DNA of 63,888 nucleotides, filler included, from Octopus bimaculoides (Eukaryota): assembly GCF_001194135.2 (NCBI RefSeq). It is 5 parts of 4 records of this genome, joined end to end, with 100 filler letters (N's around TTAATTAATTAA, not from the genome) between each part and the next. Parts side by side here need not be neighbours in the genome. Positions count along the whole stretch, not along the records: positions 31,215 to 53,591 come from NC_068997.1; 4 more parts are not named here. One strand, given 5' to 3'. The position numbers and the translations under genes are program-made. The notes under the pieces were generated by a model. The model saw only the letters and a list, made by a program, of their open reading frames with translations, did not search any database and had not been told where the DNA came from. Of the stretch, positions 37,301 through 49,855 are shown piece after piece; positions within the stretch are counted from its first letter, which is position 1; each line of letters starts with the position of its first letter.

Positions 37301-38075
37301 AGCAATTCTGCTATGGTGGATGGGTCTTCTAGAAAACAGCATGGTTGCATTCATGTAAATAACTCTTTTAAAATGGAAGCAAGTTTCCTTATAACTTGTC
37401 TAGAGGGGAGACATCTGGAATAAATCAAAGAGGAACATGAGAAAAATTTGCAAAAGGTTTCTAATTACTATAACAGGATAGTAATAAGGCCCTTAATCTT
37501 TCAACATATGTATATGGGTAAATATTTAAACCATACAGAGGTTTTACTTCTTGTTAAGTGATTCCAAACTTTCATACATTTGGTAAAAAAATGTTTTTGT
37601 ATTCCAAAGAATTTATTTTTATATTTCTATTATTAAGCAAAACTTCTGACATAATGATGTTGCTGATATTAAAAATGTATTACTCCTGATAATTAAGAAA
37701 TATGCAATTATACTACAGACAGAGCAATAAATGGTAAGAGGCATTTTTGGAAGGAAGGAGTAGAAGAGAGTTACAAGATACAATATCAGAGGGCTTGAAG
37801 AGAAGCTAGGCTTTATGTACATCTATCAGGAAGACAAATGGTAAAATGTTTACCAATATTCTGTGACAAGATGTGATAGGCTTTCTGGATGGCAACCAAG
37901 TAGCGTGTTAGCATGAATCAGAAAATCATTGGGTAGAAGTGTGAAGTGAAATCATAAGGATACATTTATTCTCGCTGTGGCCAGAAAAGAAAAAGGCAAT
38001 GAATCAGTTAAAAAGTGTAAAAGTTACAGATTAAAAGTTCTGTAAAAAAATTAAATATTTAATGATTTCAATTAA

Positions 38076-38720
38076 CTGGCACATGTGTGGATGTGTGGTA
38101 AAAAGTTTGCTTCCCAGTCATATGGTTCTGGGTTCAGTCCCATTGCTTGGCACCTTAAACAAGTATCTTCTGCTATAGCCTTGGGCCTACGAAAGTCTTG
38201 TGAGTGGATTTGGTTGACAGAAACAATAAGGCGGTGAGCTGGCAGAAACGTTAGCATGGCGGGCGAAATGCTTAGAGGTATTTCGTCTGTCTTTACGTTC
38301 TGAGTTCAAATTCCACCAAGGTCGACTTTGCTTTTCATCCTTTTGGGGTCAATAAATTAAGTACCAGTTATGCACTGGGGTTGATGTAATCGACTTAATC
38401 CCTTTGTCTGTCCTTGTTTGTCCCCTCTATGTTTAGCCCCTTTTGGGCCATAAAGAAATAAGAAACTGTAAGAAGCTTATTGTGTGCATGCATGTGTGTG
38501 TGTGTATGTGTGTGTGAGTGTGTGTGTTTTTGTCCCCTTCTATTGCTTGACAACTGGTGTTGGTGTGTTTATATCCCTGTAACTTAGCATTTCAGCAAAA
38601 AGAGATCGAGAGAATAAGTATCGGGCTTAAAAAAGTAACAAGTATTGGGGTCAATTCATTCGACCAAAATTCTTCAAAGTGGTACCCCAGCATGGCCACA
38701 GTCTGAAACAAGTGAAAGGT
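38076..38720 (+). mobile_element. SINE family A interrupted by a full-length SINE family C (~38226-38458)
   Basis: The family A sequence breaks at GACAGAAAC and resumes at AGAAACTGTAAGAAGC. The intervening family C copy has its head, core and AAAGAAATA tail. Confidence 0.85.
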
Positions 38721-39461
38721 GAATACCCAACACACATGTTCCAAATTCCAAAAGGTAGACCTCAGGGTTTCATAAATAAAATGTGCTGCACAAATCAGGT
38801 GGTGGGAAAAGAAGGAAAAGCTGATGGGAAAAGATACTTGAAGTGAAAAACTTTTAAAATTGAGAAAAGTGAAAATTGAGGTTATGATAAAAATTTTAAA
38901 AAAATTGTTAAAACACAAAAGATAATAAGAAATTAATTCCTGAAGCAAAGGTCATTAAGGTGTTGCTCTGTCCCTCGGAAGGAAATTAAAGGGCACCATT
39001 TCTTAAAGTAATTAAGCAAAGGCAACTGTAAAATCAAGAAGCTTTGTTCGCTGATTAACTTTGATTAGTTAATTACTATTGCAATAACTAGCGAGGTCAG
39101 GTTTCCTTCTTGATCATGTACAAAGCCACATCCGGGCTTTTCATTTACACCTGAGATAGCTTGATGAATGTATACAGAAGCAACAAAGCCTGCAAGCGAC
39201 AAGAGGACAACATTGGGGTCATTCTCTAATTAAAAGGAAACTGTAATTAATGTCTGCAATAATAAGTCTTATTGTCATTCAGGAGAAATTACCAGTTTTC
39301 AATACAATTAATGTTGTTCTTGTTATTCTTTGTTTCTCTATTGGATGAAACTTTGTTTTGTTCCAATAAAATCTTACAGATGTTTAGATGTTTTTATACT
39401 CATCTTTAGTTGTGTATATGCAGGTGTTTGGGCATGTATAAGAAGCAAATGTGTATGTGTG

Positions 39462-39492
<31 letters not shown>

Positions 39493-39964
39493 NNNNNNNN
39501 NNNNNNNNNNNNNNNNNNNNNNNNNNNNNNNNNNNNNNNNNNNNNNNNNNNNNNNNNNNNNNNNNNNNNNNNNNNNNNNNNNNNNNNNNNNNNNNNNNNN
39601 NNNNNNNNNNNNNNNNNNNNNNNNNNNNNNNNNNNNNNNNNNNNNNNNNNNNNNNNNNNNNNNNNNNNNNNNNNNNNNNNNNNNNNNNNNNNNNNNNNNN
39701 NNNNNNNNNNNNNNNNNNNNNNNNNNNNNNNNNNNNNNNNNNNNNNNNNNNNNNNNNNNNNNNNNNNNNNNNNNNNNNNNNNNNNNNNNNNNNNNNNNNN
39801 NNNNNNNNNNNNNNNNNNNNNNNNNNNNNNNNNNNNNNNNNNNNNNNNNNNTTTAAATTAAATTCAACTACAGTAACCTTGCCAAACGTAAGTTATTCTC
39901 TCCCCAAATCTGATTGAAAATATAAATGTAATTTTTAAAGATTAAAGAATTGTGGACATATTCT

Positions 39965-40160
39965 TTCCTTTTATTCTTTTAGCTGTTTCAGTCATTTCAC
40001 TGCAGCCATGCTGGAGCACCACCTTGAAGGGTTATACTTGAAGTAATCAACCCCAGTGGCTATTCTTTGTAAGTCTAGTACTTATTCTATCGGCTCTCTT
40101 TTGCCAAACTACTAAGGTATTAGGGACATAAGCACACCAACACCTGTTGTCAAGCAATGA
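39965..40160 (-). mobile_element. SINE family A 3' half, variant
   Basis: GTTTCAGTCATTTCACTGCAGCCATGCTGGAGCACCACC...ACCTGTTGTCAAGCAATG. Confidence 0.8.
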
Positions 40161-40260
40161 CAGGAACAGTAGTAGTAGTAGTAGTAGTAGTAGTAGTTAT
40201 ACATGAGCTTCCATAGTTTTCAGAAAATATCACCCACGTATTCTTTGGCAGATTAATGTT

Positions 40261-40709
40261 CTTCTATACTCTAGGCACAAGGCTCGAAATTTTTGGTGTG
40301 GGGGAGGGGCCAGTCAATTAGATCGACCCCAGTACGCAAATGGTACTCAATTTATCAACCCTGAAAGGATGAAAGGCAAAGTCGACCCTGGCAGAATTTG
40401 AACTCAGAACGTAATGACAAACAAAATACTGCTAAGCATTTCGCCCGGCGTGCTAACGATTCTGCCAGCTCGCCACCTGTTGATTTCCCTATATTCTTTT
40501 CTACTCTAGGTACAAGGCCTGAAATTTTGGGGGAGGGGGCCAGTCAATTAGATCAACCCCAGTATGCAAATGGTACTCAATTTATCAACCCCGAAAGGAT
40601 GAAAGGCAAATTCGACCTGGGCAGAATTTGAACTCAGAACGTGATGACAGATAAAATACCACTAAGCATTTCGCCCGGCGTGCTAACGATTCTGCCAGCT
40701 CACTGCCTT
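40261..40709 (-). mobile_element. Head-to-tail dimer of SINE family C bounded by one 17-bp TSD
   Basis: Two ~210-bp near-identical units. TTTGGCAGATTAATGTT (40244-40260) and TTTGGCAGATAAATGTT (40710-40726) flank the pair. Confidence 0.85.
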
Positions 40710-41164
40710 TTTGGCAGATAAATGTTATACACTAAAATGCTTCAAGTGCAGATAACAACTTTCTGGTGATAAAAAGCCATGGAAAACAAATGAAGAGAAC
40801 TGTAGAAGGAAGATGCTATGAAATGGGCAAGAGACTATATTCAGGATATAATTATACGATATGGTGAGAAGTGAAATCGAAAACTGACTAAAAGAATTAA
40901 ATGGAAAAGATTGGTATTTTGTGATTTTGTAAGTAAAGAGGAAGATCAATTGTTATTAGCATGAAGCAAGAACAGATAAGAACCAAGCAAAAAGGGATCA
41001 ATTTTGGAAGTGAACAAAGGACTGAATAAGTACAGCTCTTTGGAAAATGTCGAATGCAGTCAACCAAAGAAACTACAAAAGAAATGACAAACTTTGATCA
41101 AAGCAATCCATGGTTGGAGGATTTTTTGTTAAAAAGTCATATCAATACGATATAATAAAGCTGC

Positions 41165-41640
41165 AGATGTGGCTGTGTGGTTAAGAAGCTTGATTCCCAG
41201 GCATGTGGTCTTGGGTTCAGTTCCGTTGTGTGGAACCATGGGCAAGTGTCTTCTACTGCAGCTCAAGGCAACCAAAGTCTTGTGAGTAGATTTGGTAGAT
41301 GGGAACTGAAAGAAGCCTGTCATATATTTGTTTGTGTGTGTGAGTGTGTGTGTGTGTATGTGTTTGTGTGTGTGCGTGTGTGTGTGTGTGTGCGTGTGTC
41401 TGTGTGTGTGTCTTTGAGTCTGTGTTTGTCCTCCACCACTGCTTCACAATAGGTGTTGCTGTGTTCGGCAAAAGATTCTGGTAGAATAAATAGGCTTAAA
41501 AATGAACAAAATTACTGGAGTTGATTTGTTCAACTAAAATTCATTAAGGTAATGCTCTAGCATGGGCACAAGGTGATGCTCCAGCATGACCGCAGTCGAA
41601 TGACTGAAACAAGTAAAAGAATGAAGGAATGAAAAGTGAT
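41165..41640 (+). mobile_element. SINE family A, full length, diverged
   Basis: Head, core, internal TG repeat and GACTGAAACAAGTAAAAG tail. Confidence 0.9.
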
Positions 41641-41794
41641 AAAATTATGAAGAAACCAACAAAAAAAAATAATGAAGAAAATATTTAATTACTAACTTAA
41701 CAAATGAAATCTGTTCACAATCAATAAGATTACCAAATGCATGAATTGTTGTGACCTGTTTAATGTGTCATTGTTGTTTGTTTGTTTTTTTAAT

Positions 41795-41891
41795 TTATTT
41801 TCTGGTCTTTTTGATGCGGGTTGAGGAAGCGGGTATGCTCATGGTTTTTGCAGACCCTTCAAGTTCTTCTTGAACAATAACAAGTTGGCTG
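41795..41891 (-). CDS. Candidate terminal coding exon of an unidentified host gene
   Basis: Strong acceptor GTATTTTTCTTGCAG (NAGNAG), then SQLVIVQEELEGSAKTMSIPASSTRIKKTRK*. No homology recognised. Confidence 0.25.
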
Positions 41892-42029
41892 CTGCAAGAA
41901 AAATACGGACATAAAAAAAATTATAGAGAGGAAGGAATATACATACATATGTCTATAAAGATAAATTAAATAGAGTGAATTGGATGTTTAACACACCCCT
42001 TTGAAGGACCTCTTTTCCTCCGTTTGTTA

Positions 42030-42072
<43 letters not shown>

Positions 42073-44554
42073 TATACTGGTCATTGAAGAGCCTGATGTA
42101 TTAACAATGATTGATGAGCTGAGAAGAGACAAGCTAATTAGAACTGCCTGAGTGTAGAGGATCAGGCAGATCTAAGTTGCAGGAGCCACAGTTGTAGTCT
42201 TAGGAAAAGCAGGGAGGGGGGACAGAAGTTTATTTATTTTTTGCTTTTCAATTTCATTTAATTTTCTTTCACATGTACACAGAGCCATAAAGAAAACCTA
42301 ATTCATTAAACTTTAGTCTTGCACTGAATGTTGTCAATGAAAATGATTAGCACAAATTCTCTTTTAATCCCTAACAAAGTCTTACATAACAACCTATAGT
42401 GTATCTATTACTACTACCACTACATCCCTTGCATTTTTCTGGCCTCTTTGTGTTTGGTAATTCTTCCAGGAGTCACCAAAGAAGTTTCTTCTTTCTTGAA
42501 TACAAGCACCACCAAGTAGCCATAATTCTGGTGTCCCAATGTAATTCAAGAGAGAGCATCTTATACATTAGTTACTTTTTCCCATTACATTGTATTCATT
42601 GACATTTACACAGCGTGAACTACCAGGCTGTTCTTGTACCAGCTTTACTCAAGGCCATTATACCATTTTTGTGAATCTGTCTTTTACTTTCTTTCTCTAA
42701 CAATCTGTATTAAGCAACACATACACAATCTATCAACTGTAAAACTAGCTTTGAAATGCATTGTCTGCATACGGCCTGTTCCCAAGAAAAAAGAGAAGAC
42801 AAATAAAATGCAAATACCAAAAAAAAAAAAAACTGTACTAGAATTTAAAAAGAAATAAAATTTTTAGTAAAAAAGATGATCTAAAACAAAAAGGAAAATT
42901 TCAAATAAAAATCACTTTAACCACACCAAACAAACACTTTTCACACTTCGGGACAAAGTCATGCCTCTAAAATATAATGCTCAAATCTACAGTAAGTAGA
43001 TAAATAAATAAAAACACAAGTGAATAAAAGATTCGACACCAGATATAAATTTCAAAGCCATACACCACTGCACTTCTAACATTTAACAGCTATTTATATC
43101 TGTCCACTATTAGAAATAAAAAAAAAATTAAATAAAATAAATAAATAAATAACAGAACTATTTCATCTTACCATAAAATAAAGATAACACATAAGATGCC
43201 TGCAATAAATTCAAACATTTAAGCATCTTTTCTTTCTTTCTTTCTTTCTTTCTTTCTTGCTTTACTTTCTTTTCGTTTCTTTTCTTTATTTTATTTTATT
43301 TTTTTTTCTTCAGCAGTCTTTAATCACTCCAATTCAAAGTCGTAGTATTAAAAAAAAAATAAAAATAAAAATAATAAATATATATATAAACTAAACATAA
43401 AATAAAATAAAGTGGAATAATCCTTTGCTATTAAACTTTCTCTTTAGATTCTACATGGAGAGAAAATGGCTGCCGTTGTCACCTAGATTGGCTATTTGGA
43501 AATCAATGTGTTCTCATCACAATGACTTTAAGCACATAGATGAAATACACAATGTTGCCATCTATGTCTTGTAATTCCTTTTGTCTGAAAACTGTATTCA
43601 AAAGTGTCTTCTATTTCTTATCAAGTATTATGCAATGGCTATGGCGTGAGATAATGTTCATTCATATCACATATCTCTTTTAAGCTGATCGTCTGCCATT
43701 TCGCTTTATCTCTCTTCCACCTTATTATTCTTCTTTTTAATTTTCTTCTTCACCGACATGCTCATCTGCAAACTTTCCTTACTCTTTCTCTCTCTCTCTC
43801 TCTCTTGCTCTCAGCTGACATGCTTCATCTTACAACTTCTCCATCTTCTCCAAGCTGCTGTTTGCCATTTTTCTCCCTCTCCATCATGCTCATCAGATTT
43901 GTATTTTATTTCTTGTCATGTTTGAAATTTATATATCACAATTTTTCCTTTCATGACTAATTAAAATCTAAATATATCCTAGTAATACCTCAGTTATAAT
44001 GGACTTGTCCTAAGACATATAAGCTTTAGTTTTCTGTAGCTAATTCTTTCAAAGGATTTCCCTTGCTTTTCTGGTATTGAAACCATATTGTTCACTTCAA
44101 TAAATGCACCATAAAAATTGCATCACATTTTCTTCCTCTTTGCCACACTTTTCTTCATTATCTTTTATGCTTTTCTACTTTTTTCTTCCCTTCTGCCATG
44201 AGCCTTTTCATTAATTTTTATCTATTTCTTCATTACTGTCTTCTTCTTCTTCTTCTTCTTCTTCTTCTTCTTCTTCTTCTTCTTCTTCTTCTTCTTCTTC
44301 TTCACTATATTCTTTTCTTCATCTCCTGGCTTTTCATTCCTCCCAATTTCATTCATTTTGCTGGCATTTCTTTTTTGCACTTTTTTTTTTTTTTTATTAT
44401 ATCAGTTATATATCATATACATACATGCATACATGCATACATACATACATATATATGTGTGTGTAGTGTGTGTTTGCATATGTATGTATGTATATATATG
44501 TACGTATGTATATATATATATATATATATGTATATGTATGAATATATATGTGTG

Positions 44555-44626
<72 letters not shown>

Positions 44627-44647
44627 AATATGTGACACTAATTCAGT

Positions 44648-44719
44648 AGCCATGATAAAACTCCGAGTTTCGGATGCCAGGGTGGGAGCCCATGCCAACA
44701 TCTCTTCAGTTATCTGGCC
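44648..44719 (-). ncRNA. Minimal type-I hammerhead ribozyme motif with extended stem I
   Basis: GGCCA-GATAA-CTGAAGA-GATGTTGG...CTGGCATCC-GAAAC-TCGGA-GTT-TTATC-A-TGGCT. Stem III is the near-palindrome ACTC-G-GAGT; predicted cleavage between 44659 and 44658. Its 3' flank matches window positions 1-23. Confidence 0.7.
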
Positions 44720-45332
44720 ATTGAAAATTCCTGTGAAAAATGACTGTCAAAAACAAAGGGAAATTACTGTGTAGTGACAAGGTCAAAACGCGTCTAAAAC
44801 TACACATATTATCGCATGCATGTATATATTTATATACGCATGCATATATCTCTATATACGCACGCATATATCAATATACGCACACACTCACACACACGCG
44901 CACTCACAAGCATGCACATATAAGGTTCTTTGTACGTGTCTATAGACGTACAAGAAAAACCAGAGTGAAGGGGAGAAAACAGAAAAATATTTGTGAAAAA
45001 ATACAAAAAACATTAACCCTATAATTATGTAAAAAACATAAAAATAAAAAAAAAATTAAAAAAATATGAAAAATATAAAATCCAAGTAAAAAAGGTAAAA
45101 AGCTTATACATAGACACAGTATAGAAAGCAAATCCTATCAATACAGTTCCAACAGTAGGTCCTATCAGTAAAAATATTAAAAAATATATAATATATATAG
45201 GTGGGGAATGTGAAACTGTGATGTTCATTCCATTTTCTACGACAGTGATTTAAATAAAATAGATCTGGTTAAAAGTAATGGATTAACCAGTTAATCAGTG
45301 GAAGCTTATCTCATATACACGTNNNNNNNNNN

Positions 45333-45371
<39 letters not shown>

Positions 45372-45634
45372 AATACATTTGTAAATACATATATATAATA
45401 TATATAGGTGGGGAATGTGAAACTGTGATGTTCATTCCATTTTCTACGACAGTGATTTAAATAAAATAGATCTGGTTAAAAGTAATGGATTAACCAGTTA
45501 ATCAGTGGAAGCTTATCTCATATACACGTGTACACACATACATACTTCCCATTCATCTTCACACCGACGTATATTTAGCTCTAAATGTAAATACACACAC
45601 TATATATGTATATATATGTGTGTATATATAGGAG

Positions 45635-45953
45635 CACTCCATCTGTTACGACGATGAGGGGCCCACTAATACGATCAACTAAACAGCCAGCTTATGAAAT
45701 TAATGTTCAAGTGGCTGAGCACTCCACAGACATGTGTACCCTTGACGTAGTTCTCAGGGAGATTCAGCATGACACGCAGTGTGACAAGGCTGGTCCCTTT
45801 GAAATACAGGTATTACTCATTTTTATCAGCTGAGTAGACTGGAGCAACGTGAAATAAAGTGTCTTACTCAAGGACACAAAGCGTCGCCATGAATTGAACT
45901 CATGACCTTACGATCATGAGCCAAATGCCCTAACCACTAAGCCACGTGCCTTT
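45635..45953 (-). mobile_element. SINE family D, full length
   Basis: GGCACGTGGCTTAGTGGTTAGGGCATTTGGCTC head, CORE-like segment, and a 3' half shared with family B. Confidence 0.9.
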
Positions 45954-46087
45954 ACATACACACACACACACATACACATACATACATACACACATACACA
46001 CACATATATACAGATATATATATATATATGTATGTATAAGTATGTATATATATAAATATATACATGTGTTTGTATATATATATACAA

Positions 46088-46121
<34 letters not shown>

Positions 46122-46199
46122 CTGTGTGTGCATGTATGTGTGTGTATGTGTGTGTATGTGTGTGTATGTATGTGTGTGTTTACATACGGATTTATATAT

Positions 46200-46460
46200 G
46201 TATCTAGCAAGCTTGCATTGTCCGCATTCTCCATTTGCAAGAATTAATGAAGCCTTCATTTTCTGAAGATCTCATTAGCATCTAATTGTCATACATAGAT
46301 ACCATTACAAAACTGCTTGAAAATATTCATTGATGCTTTCATTCTATTAAGATTGCAAATATCTCAGTTATAATGTCTGGGCAGCAAGAAAGGGCACCTT
46401 GGAGGCCTCAACTGATTAAATTGCATTCAAGGGTTAGCAATGCTAGTTAAAAATATAAAT
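46200..46460 (-). mobile_element. Very old LINE RT remnant (L1/Tx1-like)
   Basis: QGALSCCPDIITEIFAILI resembles QGxPLS.LLF...E.LA.LI; ENADNASL resembles QYADDTSL. Confidence 0.4.
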
Positions 46461-46933
46461 ATCGTCAACAGAACATTCAAACATGTGGCTTTGACATTAT
46501 AAAAGGAGAGTGAAACAAATTTAATGGTATGCATAGATTGTGCACAATGCACATCCTTTGCAGTTAGGTTCCTACCAGAAATATACAAAAAGGTGAATTA
46601 GAGAACTGCTTCATGCTAACATTGCTCCGACAAAAGGAACATTTTGTTTAGTTGCCAAGAATATTTGGAAGAATTTAGAAAGAATTTGGAGGTCTTTGGC
46701 TTCTGACAAAAAAAAAAAAAATGACATTTGTTTTGCTAAATTGGTTTAGTTTTGGAAATGTTGGTTCCTGATTAAAATAATAATTTTGTCCCAATGCAAC
46801 TTATAGTTCCTGGCATATGTAGAAGATTTACACTTATCTCTTAGCCTTTTCAAAATTGTTTTAAGGCAAATTAGTTCTGAGATAATCCTTTTCTTAATCT
46901 TGTTCCTCATTGTCTCGTCGTTGTCTTCTTCTT

Positions 46934-47032
<99 letters not shown>

Positions 47033-47035
47033 ATT

Positions 47036-47583
47036 ACTGAGTAAGAGAGCAGTGCATGCAATCAAACTGACACTGAGGTAAAATATACAAAGCTCATTAT
47101 ACCCATCATGACTACCCGTCTGATAAGGGTACACCAGGCACATGCATCACAGCCATATGTGCGCGACATGGTGATCTCATATCAAGATAAACAGTGCATG
47201 ACCTCGCAGGTGGGGCCCAGTTAGAACTTTCTTCAGGTCGAGTAGCCCATCCCACTCAAAAGGTCCCTGAATAAGCTTTGTTTAAGGATGTTGAACGAAA
47301 CAGCCATGTTTCCAAAGGTGAATAATTCAAACCCCAAATAATTCCTCTCAACATGATGCTCCCCCACTACTTCTGTTCATGACCAGAGATGCACATATCG
47401 TCAGCCATGAAGGGACATGCTCAACTGGTTAAGGTCAAACAACTGACAAGCAAATCTGTGGCGTTGAGCAGAATATTTACTGTAGCCCATCCTTTTATGC
47501 CGAGACAAAACAATGTACATGATAACACTTCCAATCAATTAAGATCAGAAGCCATGAGAGCCACTGGCAAATATTGATCAGGG

Positions 47584-47584
<1 letters not shown>
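47036..47584. mobile_element. Unclassified ~550-bp interspersed repeat embedded in (TTA)n arrays
   Basis: (TTA)n lies on both sides (~46963-47035 and ~47585-47615); a second partial copy is at 30400-30640. Confidence 0.7.
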
Positions 47585-47616
<32 letters not shown>

Positions 47617-47892
47617 TTTTGTTCCTCATGTACATGTACATGTGCATTCAATATTATTTCATTTATTTTATTCAATTTTAGAAAATCTACAGCTTCTTTG
47701 TCGATGAGTTTCAATCTTGGTGCATGACTTTTGACACACCGTCTTTGTTTCAACACGCAATTTCGCTTTAAAAGTTTTGCAAACCAAATACAAAAATGAA
47801 ACAATTCCTCCTCTAAGGTCATTATCATAATTGTTAAAATAAATATCAGTAATATGCTGAGGTTGACTCAGTTTTGACTAGCAGTTCTACTC

Positions 47893-48297
47893 TCTTCACT
47901 CTCTTTTACTTGTTTCAGTCATTTGACTGCGGCCATGCTGGAGCACCACCTTTAGTCGAGCAAATCGACCCCAGGACTTATTCTTTGGAAGCCTAGTACT
48001 TATTCTATCAGTCTCTTTTGCCGAACAGCTAAGTTACGGGGACGTAAACACACCACCATCGGTTGTCAAGCGATGGTGTGGGGACAAACACAGACACACA
48101 AACACACATACATATATATATATATATGCATATATATACGACAGACTTCTTTCAGTTTCCGTCTACCAAATCCATTCACAAGGCTTTGGTCGGCCCGAGG
48201 CTATGGTAGAAGACACTTGCCCAAGGTGGCACGCAGTGGGACTGAACCCGGAACCATGTGTTTGGTAAGCAAGCTACTTACCACACAGCCACTCCTG
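47893..48297 (-). mobile_element. SINE family A, full length, close to consensus
   Basis: Complete reverse-complement match to 36370-36803. Confidence 0.95.
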
Positions 48298-48999
48298 TGC
48301 ATTCAAATACTTTTGAAAATTTTAATTTCCACATAATAAAGTTTAAATTTTTCTCCTAAAATATACTGTATGTTACACACAATAGAGACGAATAATTTTT
48401 AAGTAAATACCATAAGAGATAAGAGAAATAAGAACAGTGCTGTAAGACACACAAGAATTATAATAACAGAATTAGAAATATGCCCCCAGAACTTAAATAT
48501 TACTTTGTAAACACAGACAGTGATTGTAATAGTATTTTTTGAAATATTAACATTATTAACACTTAACAGTATTCCTGAGAAAGAATAAGCTTGCAACAAG
48601 CTAATTTCATGATCCTATTTAAATTTTCAGCTGTATATGTTTCATTTTGCTTTTATTCTACATTGTTTTCATTCCTCTGAAGTGAATAATATAGGCACCA
48701 GACATGTACCGGAAGGCAATTAGATCAATTTTTACACTGCATGCATATGCAACACCCCCACCCAACAAACACACAAACACATACAAATGCACACACACAC
48801 ACACAAAAACATACATATTTGTGTCCATTAAGTCAATATTAAAAAACATTATCATGATTCTCATTATTGTCTATTATGCTATCGTATTAGTTCTTTAGCT
48901 CTGTTCATCAATTCAAGAATCGTCAGACCAGTTACCTGGTTTCCATGGAATATAAGTGACCAAGGTTACAATATTCTACATGAGCAGAATCAGTCTTGG

Positions 49000-49265
49000 C
49001 AGATATCGGTGTCATGCAAATTGGCACATAAAAGCACCCCAATGTCACACAAATGGCACCTGTGCCAGTGGAATGTAAAAGCACTCATTACACTCTCAGG
49101 GTGGTTGACATTAGGAAGGGCATCAGGCCATAGAAAACCATGCCAAATCAGACTGAATCCTGGTACAGCCTTCCAAGCGTGCCAGCCCAGTCAAACCGTC
49201 CAACCCATGCCAGCATGGACAGCGGACGTTAAAGGCTGATGATGATGATGATGTTGATGATGATG
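49000..49265 (+). mobile_element. RTE-clade 3' UTR, older variant
   Basis: TTAGGAAGGGCATC...CCAACCCATGCCAGCATGGACAGCGGACGTTAAA followed by (GAT)n. Confidence 0.85.
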
Positions 49266-49527
49266 AATAGGATGCCAATCTATCGCAGAGTTATTCCTCT
49301 ACAGCTGAGCAAACTGGAACAATGTGAAATGAAGTATCTTGTTCAAGAATACAATGCACGAATCAGTCTGTGAATCGATGCTATAATCTGATGATTTTGA
49401 GCATACCATTCTAACCACTAAACCATTCCCTAATCCTTCAGTCTGTTGTGATACAGAATCATAAAGCATTTTTGGCTAACTGCAGCAGTTTTAATTTTAA
49501 AGTTGGAACTGTATCACTTCACCTATA

Positions 49528-49855
49528 CAGTTACCAAACCTCTTGTCCGGCAACCTTGGGACCGGAGATGGTCTGAATTTCTGGATTTTTCAGATTTTTG
49601 GACACAGGCTAAATATATACTGAACATATAAAATAAACAACGAAAAGTAAAGAACAAAATTGTATAACATATACAAATTAATACATTTGTAAAGAGGGGT
49701 TTGTTTGATCTGGTGTCATGTGATCCATACACCATGGAAACCAAAACAAAGTGACCATGCAAAGCCCATGAAATTCGAAGCTAGCCACTTTCAAAAATAG
49801 CCAGATTTCTGATAATTCTAGATTTCTGGATTCTGGATAAGAGGTTCAGAACCTG
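49528..49855. mobile_element. pogo/Tigger-like MITE
   Basis: TA-CAGTTACCAAACCTCTTGTCCGG on the left and TA-CAGGTTCTGAACCTCTTATCCAG as the reverse complement on the right; imperfect TIRs with TA on both sides. Confidence 0.65.

Noticed and set aside
44624-44730. Terminal exon (G)[34 protein letters not shown]
   Set aside because: The same bases fold as a hammerhead ribozyme, and the matching copy at positions 1-23 has a stop (TAA) in this frame, which points to a repeat.
45025-45228. Hydrophobic ORF GPTVGTVLIGFAFYT... as a membrane-protein exon
   Set aside because: T-rich strand bias explains the hydrophobicity and no consistent in-frame splice partner exists.
45184-45529. ~140-bp perfect direct repeat
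   Set aside because: Identical copies flank a 10-N gap; most likely an assembly overlap artefact.
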